Below the pieces are notes generated by a model. That model was given only the letters and a program-made list of their open reading frames with translations, ran no database searches and was not told where the DNA came from. From the NCBI GenBank assembly GCA_964019425.1, contig OZ025795.1, positions 806,001 through 870,000 of the forward strand: a stretch of 64,000 nt of DNA, in the 5' to 3' direction. The position numbers and the translations under genes were made by a program. This DNA comes from Flectonema sp. DT1601. Taxonomy: Eukaryota. Below, one piece after another: positions 11,991 through 23,018 of this stretch (position 1 is the first letter of the stretch; every line of letters starts with the position of its first letter).

Positions 11991-13109
11991 TTATAAATTA
12001 GATGAGAAGTCAGTAAAGAACTTGTGTACAGTGGTATGACGGTAAGTCTCCGATGGTGATAAAACAGTAGAAGGAAACCCAGGCTGGTTTGGAGAGTCAG
12101 GGTAATGCTGACACTCAAGGCAGAGTCCACCTCTGTGAAGGATTGGTTTACTACCGTAGCCTTTGTGACCGTCTTCAAGGTAATTCCCGCAGTATACTTG
12201 AACACCTGGTTCTGTTGTAAAAAGCTTAAAACCATTACCTGTTTTGGTAGACTTAACTTGTCCTCTATGCGGAACCGAACTTGACCATCCCCCTTCCATT
12301 GGAGATGGATGTAGTGCAGCTGCATTGTACTCTCCGAATACAACTGTGTGATCGTAGCCTCTTTGAGGTTCCATTAAAGTGTCATTTACTTCATCTCCAA
12401 TCTTCTTACCGCTATTGAAGTCAAACGGAGTTCCCTTGACGGATAGTAAATCACCAGTCGGGATCGATTCCTTGTCAACTCCAACAAAGTGAGAACACTT
12501 CAAAGTAAGCTCATGGTCTAATACATTAGAAGGTGAGGAGTTCCACCCTGCAAGATTCCAATAAGAGTGGTTAGTAAGGTTAACGACAGTTTTCTTATCC
12601 GTTGTGGCATTCCAATGGAATAAGAGCTCGTCATTGTTGTCTAAGAGAATGTAAGTTTCAATTTTAAGATTTCCAGGGTAGCCGTTGTCTCCATCTGTTG
12701 ATGTTAGAGTCATACGAACTCCTCTGCTGTTGGAAGATTCAACTGCTTCAGCTGACCAGATACGTCTGTCGTAGGAGTTTACTCCACCGTGAAGTGAATT
12801 GCTTTCATTATTGATTGGAAGCTTATCAAATACTTCGCCGTCAATTGAAAACTTTCCCTTTGCGATTCTGTTTCCGTACCTACCGACAGTACACCCAAAG
12901 TAGGAAGTTCCATTCCTCCACTCGTCAAAGCTATCATATCCCAGAGTGCATTCTTCGTATTTTCCTTCTTTTCCTTTCATTTGAAGCGACACTAGTGTTG
13001 CTCCATAATTAGTAACCTTTGCCTTTAGTAGACCAGATCCACTTGAAAACGTAAATAACTTCGCACCGGAATCGCCACCCCACTTGCTATCAACCTGTAC
13101 GCTCGACAT
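11991..13109 (-). CDS. galM: Aldose 1-epimerase (galactose mutarotase)
   Basis: YFGCTVGRYGNRIAKG, SLHGG, GYPGNL, NLTNHSYWNL, GYDH, GLCLECQHYPDSPN. C-terminus SNL. Confidence 0.96.
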   Translation of the reverse strand: MSSVQVDSKWGGDSGAKLFTFSSGSGLLKAKVTNYGATLVSLQMKGKEGKYEECTLGYDSFDEWRNGTSYFGCTVGRYGNRIAKGKFSIDGEVFDKLPINNESNSLHGGVNSYDRRIWSAEAVESSNSRGVRMTLTSTDGDNGYPGNLKIETYILLDNNDELLFHWNATTDKKTVVNLTNHSYWNLAGWNSSPSNVLDHELTLKCSHFVGVDKESIPTGDLLSVKGTPFDFNSGKKIGDEVNDTLMEPQRGYDHTVVFGEYNAAALHPSPMEGGWSSSVPHRGQVKSTKTGNGFKLFTTEPGVQVYCGNYLEDGHKGYGSKPILHRGGLCLECQHYPDSPNQPGFPSTVLSPSETYRHTTVHKFFTDFSSNL

Positions 13110-13239
13110 GTTGAGATCGGTTTGGCTTTTTTTTTTTTCTTTTTTTGAAAATATAAAATAATAATATGCATAACTAACTATAAGATATTAGTGTCTGCTC
13201 CTTACATCTTCACAACTAACATCTCCCCGCCCCCCGCCA

Positions 13240-13332
13240 GCATGCGATTTTGTGTGGACAGAATCCAGTTATAATGATTCATGTCTAATTTGTTGCGTGT
13301 TAACCCTTGATTTATTTATCCAAGTCCCCCCT
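13240..13332 (-). repeat. Dispersed short element, family C (copy 2, inverted)
   Basis: Reverse complement of 7991-8086, with a near-identical ~78 bp core. Confidence 0.85.
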
Positions 13333-13676
13333 CACTGGTTTATTAGATTGCCTGATTAGTGAAATGTAAAGAACGTAAGAATTAAAAGAAAAAAAGAACA
13401 AGAAAAGAAAAAAAAGAACTTTCCCGACATTATACGAACGATCAGCGGGCAAGTGTTAATTAACAATAGAATGCTAAATTATAAGAACAGTAACTCAGTG
13501 AATAAATTTTATAATGATTCATGTGTTAATGGCACCAAAGTATGATGGTGTAATGGGTGAAAGAAAGAAAGAAAGAAACGGAACAGAAGAAGAACTTTAA
13601 CGTTTTTTTTTTTTTTAATTTACTCAAGTATGAAATATTTCTTGTTTGTATACAGTAGTTGGTACGCAGGCGATTA

Positions 13677-14123
13677 TTAACCAACTCCACCGCCACAGGC
13701 AGCAGCACAGCCTCCGCCACCTCGGTTATGAATAGGCTCAAACCTGTTTACAGTATCAGAGTTCCAAGCACCGTAGAGCATGATGCATCCAGCAGCTCCA
13801 ACTACAATACCGCTGAGAGCTGCTGTCTGTGGGCCTGTTAGTGTCTTTTTTGACTTTTTTGCACTATAGGCATCCTGCACTACTCGATACTCAGTACTGC
13901 CAGGTAATAAGACTTTCGGAGGTGCGGCAACTTTCCCGCAACGCATACACTTATGGATCATCTCTGTAGTGTAACAACATCCACAACAACAATCTGTTCC
14001 CTTCAACTTTCTTTTTTGTCTCACGAGTCTCTCTGCAGGGTGTTCGCAGACAGGTGTAGATGGGACTGGGACTGAAGGTGCTGAAGACTCCATCATTTCA
14101 ACATTGGGAGCGTCCTTACTCAT
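13677..14123 (-). CDS. Small Cys-rich protein (148 aa), tandem paralog 1
   Basis: ATG at 14123 (MSKDAPNVE) aligns with the paralog start. CEHPAERLVRQKR...CCCGCC...HKCMRCGK, a hydrophobic segment, and a GGGGCAAACGGGVG end. Confidence 0.85.
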   Translation of the reverse strand: MSKDAPNVEMMESSAPSVPVPSTPVCEHPAERLVRQKRKLKGTDCCCGCCYTTEMIHKCMRCGKVAAPPKVLLPGSTEYRVVQDAYSAKKSKKTLTGPQTAALSGIVVGAAGCIMLYGAWNSDTVNRFEPIHNRGGGGCAAACGGGVG

Positions 14124-14240
14124 TTTGATGTTGCATGCTGAGGAATTGCTATTACTTTTCAAAAAGACTCTCAATTTTTCAAAAAAACAAGACAACAATG
14201 TTCCATACAATAGAGATATCATAATACTGCGCGACGTTTT

Positions 14241-14690
14241 TCAACCGACTCCACCACCACAACCTGCAGCACATGCAGATCCTCCTCCAAGTCCAGTGAT
14301 CGGTTCATATTTACTTATATTATCCTTGTGCCACCCTGATCTATATACTAACACACACCCTGCACTACCCACAACTACTCTTTCGATTGCTAATCGTTGA
14401 GTGTGAGTTAGTATCGCTCCTCTCTTTTTATCTGCTAAGGCTTTCTTAATAATTTCATACTGGGAAGAACCTGGTTTTATTACATGAGGTGGTTCAGCAA
14501 TCTTACCACAGCGCATACATTTATGGCGCATCAATGAAGTAGAACAACACCCACAGCAGGTTGCTGATCCTTTGATAATCCTCTTTTGTCTTACAAGTCG
14601 CTCAGCTGGATGAGTACAGATCGAAGGTATTCTAGATTCGACTACCGTATTTGGTTCCATGACCTCAACATCAGGGGCACTGGTAGTCAT
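14241..14690 (-). CDS. Small Cys-rich protein (149 aa), tandem paralog 2
   Basis: Collinear with 13677..14123 (CTHPAERLVRQKR, CCGCC, HKCMRCGK, GGGSACAAGCGGGVG). Acceptor-like TTCTCAG ends at 14707, just upstream of the ATG. Confidence 0.85.
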   Translation of the reverse strand: MTTSAPDVEVMEPNTVVESRIPSICTHPAERLVRQKRIIKGSATCCGCCSTSLMRHKCMRCGKIAEPPHVIKPGSSQYEIIKKALADKKRGAILTHTQRLAIERVVVGSAGCVLVYRSGWHKDNISKYEPITGLGGGSACAAGCGGGVG

Positions 14691-15673
14691 TATTTCTTTT
14701 TGTAACCTGAGAAATAACTAAGTACTAGTTCGCGAGCCCAACTAATGGCAGTTAGGTGGCTTCGGCATGTTGTCTCTTGTTGATAACCAAAAGAACCCTG
14801 TAATAAATAAAATAAATTATAATTATAATACAACAAAACATCTTTTAAAAAGAAAAAAAAAAAGAAAAAGAAATATACTTTGCAGCTACGGAGGGCGGCA
14901 GGCTAAGGCGGGTGCATCGAAAAGGAAAAAACAAAGTGAATAAAAGTAAAAGGGAAAGGGGAGAGGGGAGGGATGCGAGATAATAAAAAGACGGTGTAGA
15001 CTACCAGCAATATGTGTAAGTAAGTAGCCAAGGTTCGTAATACGGCCTTCGCCACAGTAAATCCCTCCCTCTTTTTTTTTTTCTTCTTCTTTTTGTTCTC
15101 CCATAATAATAAGCGAAGTGGTAACTTCACAAGCAAATACAAAACAAAACAAAAAAATGCCTGAAGCGAAACTCAACAAGAGACCAGTCGGAAGCCTCCA
15201 TCGAAGATGTATTCTATTTATCTTAATTTTAAATAAGGAAAAACGCCGCGTGCAGTTGTGAAGTTCAGGAGAAGTAAACCAAGCAATTGCTTGCTAGAAG
15301 AATTTATTTTTAAAATTATTATTATTATTATTATTATTATTATTTTGTACCTACGAACCCATTGTTCGGTAGAAAGAGAATTGTGGCAGCGTAACTAACC
15401 TATTCCTTTATTAGGATTTTCTACCGGTTGCGCACAAACAAAGTAAACGTGTGAGTGAGTAAGTAAAAAAGTGAAGTTTGCCGATTCTTTTTTGCACAGC
15501 TTTCAAAGGTGATCCAAAAAAAAACCTTGTAAGTAATTACTGATTTTTTCATGGTGGGAACACTAATTTAGTTCCGTAGTTCAGTCACGTCGTCCAGTTG
15601 AAAAAGAATTGGCTTTATCTTAAACTATACAGAAAATAGTAATATAACGGTGTGAGTTTTTGTTTGTGACACG

Positions 15674-15764
15674 AAACCGTGAACCGACTTAAACTGATAA
15701 AGCTAAAGGATGTTTACGTGTGCTGCCCAACATTTCTTTTTCGTTCTTAAAATATTTGTTAAGT

Positions 15765-15766
<2 letters not shown>
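15674..15766 (+). mobile_element. Short dispersed element, family B (copy 1)
   Basis: AAACCGTGAACCGACTTAAACTGATAAAGCTAAAGGA...TTGTTAAGTGC followed by a long A-run; second copy at 23290-23380. Confidence 0.8.
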
Positions 15767-15800
<34 letters not shown>

Positions 15801-16044
15801 GGAAAAAGAAAATGATGTGATAAATAACAGATCAACAACAAGAAAAATGATAGAAATCATTTTCACAAAACACGTGTAAAGTTTTTTATTTATTTATTTT
15901 CTTTTCCTTTTTTTTGCTAATCAATCGGACATCCTGACCCGATATGTCATGAGGTACGGGCTGTCAGCTACAAGTGACTGTGATTGAAACATTTCTATTT
16001 TAATTACTTTTTTTTTTCTTTCAAAAAAAAAGGTTCCACCATTT

Positions 16045-17703
16045 CTAGGCCTCTGCTGTCAGTGGTACTGTACTCTCCTGCTGATCATCGTCGGTTTCCC
16101 CTTCGAGAGAACCTTTACAAAGAGGGCAGTTTTTGTTATAATTCAACAAGTATTCTGATAAGCAATCAGAGTGGAAAATATGACAACAGTTCGGGAATAT
16201 CGATAAAGGCTCTCCTTCACTGAATTGTTGCATGCAGATAACGCATTGCTCAGAAGAGTCTGAGGGGAGAGCTGCTCTATTTTTAAGACACGACGACAAC
16301 TGCTCTTCAGATGCGACAGGTCTAACGACAGAATCTTCTTCTGACAGTCTAAGAAGTGCTGTATAATGTTCTGGTCTGAACTGACCGTTGAGAGATGCAA
16401 CATAAAGTTTTAATGTTTGGATGTCCATGCTAGCAATTGTTCGCTCCCACAGTTCTATTCTTTCAACTCTCTTCATTTCTCGGATTCGTCTCAGTTCGAT
16501 TCCCCGTTTGTCTCTAAATTTCACGAGACTTGCTGATCGTCCACAACCAGACTTATGCTTTTTATTAGTCTGCATAGCCCTACTTGATGACGTCCTTCTG
16601 GTCGAAGCAGAAATCGTTGCGCTGCGTTGACGTCGTCTAACAGGTGGTTGGATCGTTTCTGTATGATTAAGAAACACATCGGCAGGGTGGAGATCATTTG
16701 CGTGCAATACAATAACAGCTGTCAGTACTACGAAGGTACACGATGTCACTGTAATCTGTTGCTGAAGTTCTTCAAACTCCAATCGGATATCTATCTGCTG
16801 TAGGCACATTATTACACTTGCTGCTGACACCGCAGCTTCAGCCGAAGACTTTGTTTGAAAAGCTGACTGCTCCCCAATGGCTAATATTAACATTACTGCT
16901 GCACCAGTTGCCGCTTCTGTTAATATTTTAGTTCTCATCTTATGAATGTTATATTGTAAAGATTCTTTTTCTAACATAAACACTCTCCGTAATATCGCAG
17001 CGTCGTCAACAGCTCGAGCTACAATACATCCACAGAGGATTGTTAAGTACACAGAAGAAGATGATGTAATAAACCGCTTGCAATGACTTTCTAATATGTC
17101 CATCGTAACGTCATCTTCAAGTCGTAATAATAAAACGTCTTGCCGACTGATCTTTCTCATTAAGTCGATTGATGCTACTTGTTTATTATCAAGGTTTGCA
17201 GAGTCTTGTTCTTTCCAATTTCTTAGAAGTCTTCCTGCAGATGTCGGTGCAGGTTTTCTGGCATATTTTAGTGACTGAAGCGCAGACAGCAGATACGATA
17301 AATCATCTTCAAAACTTTTACGTTTTTCCAACACTGGTGGGATGTATCCTGATTTCCTACTTACTGATGGTTTTGGTGATGCTGCGTGGTAGAGAGCATC
17401 TGAAATGCTTTTGTTGACTTGTTCAGTTGCGGCACTTAAAAAACTTTGTCTTGGTTCCCAAAAGTAGTCGTTTTTGGTCTGTGAAATGTTGCCTTCGCTT
17501 GATGATAAATTATTATTAAAGCCTGCTATCACTGGTTCATCTTCTTCTCCTTCGTCTACCCGTTTACGAAACGATGCCGAAGCAACTACTCTCCCAGTAG
17601 CCATCCCAACCCTACGAAGTGGTTGCGCACTCAAAACAGTCCTCCGTTTTCCCTTCTTCCCCCTTCTTATGTCTATACTGGGTAGCGATATTTTACTTTG
17701 CAT
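16045..17703 (-). CDS. C-terminal RING-H2 zinc finger protein (putative E3 ubiquitin ligase)
   Basis: CVIC...CCHIFHSDC...CPLC fits the RING-H2 pattern, preceded by HYTALLRLSEE. Confidence 0.88.
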   Translation of the reverse strand: MQSKISLPSIDIRRGKKGKRRTVLSAQPLRRVGMATGRVVASASFRKRVDEGEEDEPVIAGFNNNLSSSEGNISQTKNDYFWEPRQSFLSAATEQVNKSISDALYHAASPKPSVSRKSGYIPPVLEKRKSFEDDLSYLLSALQSLKYARKPAPTSAGRLLRNWKEQDSANLDNKQVASIDLMRKISRQDVLLLRLEDDVTMDILESHCKRFITSSSSVYLTILCGCIVARAVDDAAILRRVFMLEKESLQYNIHKMRTKILTEAATGAAVMLILAIGEQSAFQTKSSAEAAVSAASVIMCLQQIDIRLEFEELQQQITVTSCTFVVLTAVIVLHANDLHPADVFLNHTETIQPPVRRRQRSATISASTRRTSSSRAMQTNKKHKSGCGRSASLVKFRDKRGIELRRIREMKRVERIELWERTIASMDIQTLKLYVASLNGQFRPEHYTALLRLSEEDSVVRPVASEEQLSSCLKNRAALPSDSSEQCVICMQQFSEGEPLSIFPNCCHIFHSDCLSEYLLNYNKNCPLCKGSLEGETDDDQQESTVPLTAEA

Positions 17704-17935
17704 TTTATGTGCAACCTGAAAAATGAGAATAAATAAAACAATGGACTACACTCTAGTTTTTCAAAGGTACTTATTATATCATAACCAGCTGGGGGTGAAT
17801 ATGTAATTTTAAAATTTAGCTCCAGCTATTCAACAGACTTTACGAAACGAAACAGAACTTGAGAACAGAAATATGAAAGTTACCAACTGAAACCTAAATA
17901 GGGACTCGGTTACACGTTAACTCTAATCATGAGTG

Positions 17936-18349
17936 TTATCTGCTGGTACTGAACATCGATCCACAGAATCCAGAGAGGAATGAAGACCACTGTTTCCTAC
18001 TTTCTTCAACAACTTCCCAAGCAGCTAAAGCTCTAAACCGTAACATTGTAAGCAGTCCTTGGAATTGTTGTTGTTGTGTATCACCCCGTAGTCCAACTTG
18101 AGTGTCCGCTGGGTGAATCATTATCTTTGAGTCTTTCGGAACCGATCCAGCAATTGCCTTCGCAGGAAGAATCTTTCCACTACAAAATAATCTCGGTGGG
18201 GGGAGAGAATCTATTTCTTCTTTAGTACTAACTCCGTTTTTAACTATTACTTTCTTAGCCAGTGTAGTCAGTTCATCATCACATGGGACGGGACCAACCA
18301 TCACTGATACACCTCGAAGTACGAATCGAAGAGTTGTAGAGTCTGTCAT
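17936..18349 (-). CDS. Ubiquitin-like domain protein (137 aa) with hydrophobic C-terminus
   Basis: ATG at 18349. TLRFVL...RLFCSGKILP...DSKIMIH follows the UBL pattern. A probable 5'-UTR GTAAGT...TTTCAG intron lies at 18374-18426. Confidence 0.6.
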   Translation of the reverse strand: MTDSTTLRFVLRGVSVMVGPVPCDDELTTLAKKVIVKNGVSTKEEIDSLPPPRLFCSGKILPAKAIAGSVPKDSKIMIHPADTQVGLRGDTQQQQFQGLLTMLRFRALAAWEVVEESRKQWSSFLSGFCGSMFSTSR

Positions 18350-18587
18350 TAAACCGCTTGTAATTAGATTGGTCTGAAAAGAATTAAAAAATAACAAAAA
18401 AAAAAAAAAAAAATACCAACACTTACATAAGTATCCCCTGTCTGCTATAAATTTTTCTTGTGCTGTGTGTAATTAATTGTCAACTACTTTTGACTAATGA
18501 CTGTATGCAGGACATGAATACCAGATAATAACTAATAAAATAAATTCTAATAATCTACGACAGAAAGGTAACTGTCTACCAGGTATG

Positions 18588-21188
18588 TCATCTTACCGGA
18601 TGAGACAGCTTCCTGAGTTGCATTTTGTAGGAATTAATTTCCTTCTCAAGGACTTGAAGATCTTGTTCCTGTTTCATTTTATATTTTCTCTCAGCTATTG
18701 ATTTTGGTTTCGACTGATGTATCTTTGCGAGCTCATCAATTCGTAAAGACCGGTCATGTGAGAGTTCAACAATCTTATCTTCAAGCCATTGCTGTGTACA
18801 CATCTCACGAGGAGGAGATGGAGAATGAGTAGTCGTACTCTGTTGATGTTGCTGAACCTGAACAGGACGAAAGGCTCCTCCAGGTTTCTGAGGTTGTCTA
18901 AATCCAGCAAGACCAGAGAGACCACCTCCAAGGTGGCACATTCCTCCACTACTTTGTGTAATTTGAGAATTATCTGAATTCACAACTTTTGAAGGTTCAG
19001 TCATCTGTTTAGGAGGATCAACACGCTGATTATGTAAAGGCTGAACAATCCTATCATTGCTAACACGTTGTGGACTTCTCTGAGGAGATTCGTACGACTG
19101 CCGTTCAAGATGAGTATTTCCAAAATCTAATTTTTCCTGCGTCACGGCACGCTGTTGTTGGACATCATAATGACCTTCTTGTTGATTACTAAACTGATTT
19201 CTAATAACTGCCGACTGTATTGGTTGCTGTTGTCTGCCACCAGCTGGCGGAGCAGCATGCGGATCGCTGTAGTGATTTAAAACTTTACGAATCACTCGCA
19301 TTTCACTATTGGTAGGCGCCCAGTTATCATTTTCGTACTCCGCACTATTACTAGGCATTGGTGTTTGTACCGACTGCTGCATGGCAATATCTCTTCTAGT
19401 TATCGGTTTGTTCCTAACTGGACTTGGAGATGCCTGAGGTTCGTAATTGTGAGATTTTCTTACCACAGATTGCGGTTGGTGTGATTGGTGTGGTTGGTGT
19501 GATTGCTGTGGTTGGTGTGATGCGTGCTGAAGCTGTGCAACTTCCAGTTTTAGATTCTTAAATTTCTTATCGAGATCTGTGTAGTTCGCCTGAGCCAGGT
19601 CATACTTCGATTGCGATTTTGTGAATTCTCTTTGCAGTACGGTGTGTTCTTGTTTTAAAGTGTTGTGAAGATGTTCTATTTTTGATTTCTCAGACTCCGA
19701 AGAAGAGTGATCAGATCGCGCAGTGTGTGTTTCCTGAATGTGTTTTTCAATCTCCTTATCCTTCTCATTAAGAGCAACGTTCATTGATCTGATGTTGTCT
19801 TCTAGTGATGTCTTGTCAGTCGTCAATCTGTTTGATGCTACTTCTGCTTTGTGAACTCGTTCATGTGCCATGCGAAGTTCATTCTTAAGGCGGTCAATTT
19901 CAGTAGTATTTGATTGGATTATCTTTTCTCTCTTTTGTTGGTCGTCAAGTGCTATTTGATACTGATTCTTAACTTGTTTTAAATCACCTTCTAAGTCACT
20001 AACGCTACCCTTTGCTTTTGATAATTCTGTTTGATGACCGATAGCATCATCCCTTAAATGAGAAACAAGTCTTTTTAGCTCCGCCATTTCTTCTTTTTCT
20101 TTCGATCGGCGAGGAGATGCAGCAGCACTTTGTGATAGCTGTAATTCAGACTTCGCAGCTCGTAGTTGTTCGTCTTTGTCTTGTGATGTTTGTTCCATTT
20201 GTGATATCGTTGCTTGTAACTGCTGAATTGATTGTTTTTGATGAGACTCTTCAGTATCCAGTTGCTGAAGTCTTTCTTCATGAAATTGTTTCTGATCAGT
20301 CATACTTCTTCTTAATCGTTGTATTTCAGCAACGTACCTGACTTCAGATTCCGTATTAGTAAAGTTAGAAGGGTTTTCCACATCCATGTCTGGAACAGGA
20401 TCATTGTGTCTTACTGGTGATGAGATCTGACGAACAGGACTAGTTGCTTGCTCGCTGATGGCTCTAAGGTTTCCGTCAGCAGTTTGAGTTTCTCTATCAA
20501 AACTCTTTCTGATATTTATATTTATTTTTTGATTATTAATAATATATTTAGTTCTTGCAGAATCAGTCTGACAATCACCATCAATACCAACCCCCTGATG
20601 ATATCCAGTAGGGTTAGGTTTCTGAATTGACTGAACCAAAGGAATCGTAGTAGGCCCATATTGATTTTCATCCAATGGCTGTTGGTAATTTTGCACCATA
20701 TCAGCTGTGTGGTATCGAGACGGACTTTCAACTGGTACTTGATTTAATTGATAATTGTAAGTGTTTTGGTTAAGCGCAACATCAACAGGAGGTAACACCG
20801 CAGGCTGATCAAAATTTGCAGCTAAATCAGTGTAGTCGTTGACACTAAACTGCTCTCGTGGTTGAGCAGTTCTATTTGATGGAATCCAAGAGAGGGGTTC
20901 GGGATCGTTATCGAATTGGTTTGTGCAGTCAGCTGCAAAGTTACCTTGTGCAATTGTTGAAGCAAGAGGTTCTTCTTGTACTTGTGGATGTCCACTCTGT
21001 CTGTTAATTTGAGAGTAATCGGATGATGAATTTCGTTGTTTTTGTGTCGCAGCAGGACTCGCGTCAAAAGTACTCTCAAGCTCATCAAAATGATTCGGAT
21101 AATTTCCTACTACCGCAGAAGTGTCAAAATCATCTTGCAGAGCATCAGAATAGAACTTCTCAAAGTCGATACAGTCTAATTCCGACAT
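18588..21188 (-). CDS. Coiled-coil protein; C-terminus resembles centriolar MPHOSPH9 (MPP9)
   Basis: Central heptad-rich region with disordered flanks. Terminal LEDKIVEL...ELAKI...EQDLQVLEKEINSYKMQLRKL resembles the MPP9 C-terminal motif as recalled (not searched). Confidence 0.7.
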   Translation of the reverse strand: MSELDCIDFEKFYSDALQDDFDTSAVVGNYPNHFDELESTFDASPAATQKQRNSSSDYSQINRQSGHPQVQEEPLASTIAQGNFAADCTNQFDNDPEPLSWIPSNRTAQPREQFSVNDYTDLAANFDQPAVLPPVDVALNQNTYNYQLNQVPVESPSRYHTADMVQNYQQPLDENQYGPTTIPLVQSIQKPNPTGYHQGVGIDGDCQTDSARTKYIINNQKININIRKSFDRETQTADGNLRAISEQATSPVRQISSPVRHNDPVPDMDVENPSNFTNTESEVRYVAEIQRLRRSMTDQKQFHEERLQQLDTEESHQKQSIQQLQATISQMEQTSQDKDEQLRAAKSELQLSQSAAASPRRSKEKEEMAELKRLVSHLRDDAIGHQTELSKAKGSVSDLEGDLKQVKNQYQIALDDQQKREKIIQSNTTEIDRLKNELRMAHERVHKAEVASNRLTTDKTSLEDNIRSMNVALNEKDKEIEKHIQETHTARSDHSSSESEKSKIEHLHNTLKQEHTVLQREFTKSQSKYDLAQANYTDLDKKFKNLKLEVAQLQHASHQPQQSHQPHQSHQPQSVVRKSHNYEPQASPSPVRNKPITRRDIAMQQSVQTPMPSNSAEYENDNWAPTNSEMRVIRKVLNHYSDPHAAPPAGGRQQQPIQSAVIRNQFSNQQEGHYDVQQQRAVTQEKLDFGNTHLERQSYESPQRSPQRVSNDRIVQPLHNQRVDPPKQMTEPSKVVNSDNSQITQSSGGMCHLGGGLSGLAGFRQPQKPGGAFRPVQVQQHQQSTTTHSPSPPREMCTQQWLEDKIVELSHDRSLRIDELAKIHQSKPKSIAERKYKMKQEQDLQVLEKEINSYKMQLRKLSHPVR

Positions 21189-21510
21189 GACCAGCGGAAA
21201 TCACTACCTGAATGAAAGAAGAAAAAAAAACGTTATTTTAAATTTCAAATTTCCAGCAACTTCACCTCTGCTCAACTGAAACACATAGATAGGGCTCTAT
21301 AGTGAGAAAAGTAATATTATAATTAAAATTATGGTTTTTTTTTTTATTGAGTACAGTCGACGTAAATGTTTGCTGCTATCCACCACATAAATTTATTTGA
21401 TGCAAATAAATTTCGTGTATAAGGCGATGAGGAGGAATCCAATAATATCAATACGCAAGGCATAGAGGAGAAGTGTAAAAGAATAGAAGATTATTATCAT
21501 ATGAATAATC

Positions 21511-21541
<31 letters not shown>

Positions 21542-22497
21542 GATCACTTTAAAAGTACCCTGTATTATTGTGGACAGAAAAGAGTTAGGAAATTTATTTT
21601 TCCTCCTCATTTCTGTTTATTAACATTTTTCTTATTCTCATTAAGAACAAGCAAATAATTCTCAAAAGGATATCCTATCCGTAGGTGTGTAGTCACCCAT
21701 TGTGACTTAACGTCATGCAAAAACGATGATTTTTTTTATTTATTTTTTATTTTATTTTGGTTGTACGATCCCTTATCTTTTCGTGACTTCTAATAAAGTA
21801 CAAAAAGTTGGGACAGCTTAATTATTTATTTTTTTTTTTTTCATAGAAAAACACAAAGAGGTGAAAGTATAACAAAACAACAACAACTTGTACCTTAAAA
21901 CAGGTATAAATAAAAGTGGGTTGCGGAACTGCGCATTCGAAATCCAATTTAAAAAGAATGGAGGGTAATTTGATACTGCATTCTTAAGCCCAAAGGAACA
22001 ACAATTTCTCCGACAATCTTGACTGTCGAAGAGGGGGAACAAAAAGTTAGCAAAGGCAGTTAATTCACCGAGTAGCTCGCATCAGTAAGGACCCGCGAAA
22101 ATTGTAGTTTTATAGCTTCAGTCGGGGGGTGATCGACTTCCAGCTCCAATCTTGCCCTGAGGCTAACAGGTTGAAAACTAAAGAAAATAAAAGAGAAATG
22201 ATCTGGAAGTGGGGGGTAACTTGGTACTATGATTAAATATAAAGCAACTTGAAACTGGCTAAAGCGAATATAGGGTTCGGCCAAACTTGGTTGTCATGAA
22301 AAGAGACTAACAGTTGGTTTCGATAAGATTCTATATGTGCTGTCGAATATGGGGATTCGGGGGCCACGTACTAACCTCTATTCTCTCATCATTAGTATGG
22401 TGTAGAAGTCAGTCGGTCAACTATTGTGACTGACGCATCCTAGTCAGCAAGACTAGGATGTAGTTACTTAATTATTATGTTCACAAAAAAAATAAAA

Positions 22498-22584
22498 CCA
22501 TTCAGATAAACCTTATATTTTGTTGATCACAGACAGTATTATTGGCGCACGGGGAAATAGATAACATGACATAATAAATAACGG
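22498..22584 (+). mobile_element. Family A element, 3'-truncated copy
   Basis: CCATTCAGATAAACCTTATATTTTGTTGATCACAGACAG...ACATAATAAATAACGG. Confidence 0.75.
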
Positions 22585-22984
22585 GGGGGGAGGGAAGGTG
22601 AAAAAATTAAAAAATCTCTTTTATTCCATACAGCAGCTTTCTTTATAATACGACCATGTGCCGTTTGCCCACATACTACGGAAGAAAATAGAAAACCCCC
22701 GTAACAGTACCCGTGGATCGTTCACCCCCAGTTGTCCAAAGCAAAAATTGGGCAGCACATAGCCTTATCATTCAGCAAGAAATGAAAACAAAAGGATCAG
22801 GTAAGATGACAGTCAGTTTATGGTCATAACTGCGCCGGACCAAAAAGAACCCCTTCTATTAGAGTTTAAATGTGTTAATTTTTTACATAACCTGTACATT
22901 CCCTGCCTTTTTTCGGAGGTAAATAAAAAGAGTTACCCCAAAAGGCGCCTCCCGGAAAAAGGAAATTCCGAGGGACGCAGTGCG

Positions 22985-23018
<34 letters not shown>

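Noticed and set aside
21791..21822. Minus-strand AAGCTGTCCCAACTTTTTGTACTTTATTA resembling the 3' end of euglenozoan spliced leaders (a weaker match lies near 622-635)
   Set aside because: Only ~11 contiguous nt match in AT-rich DNA, with no GT donor or Sm site after it; cannot be distinguished from chance without the organism's SL sequence.
21916..21946. GCATTCGAAATCC resembling a tRNA T-loop/B-box
   Set aside because: No cloverleaf or acceptor stem can be built; no tRNA or rRNA gene was found in the window.
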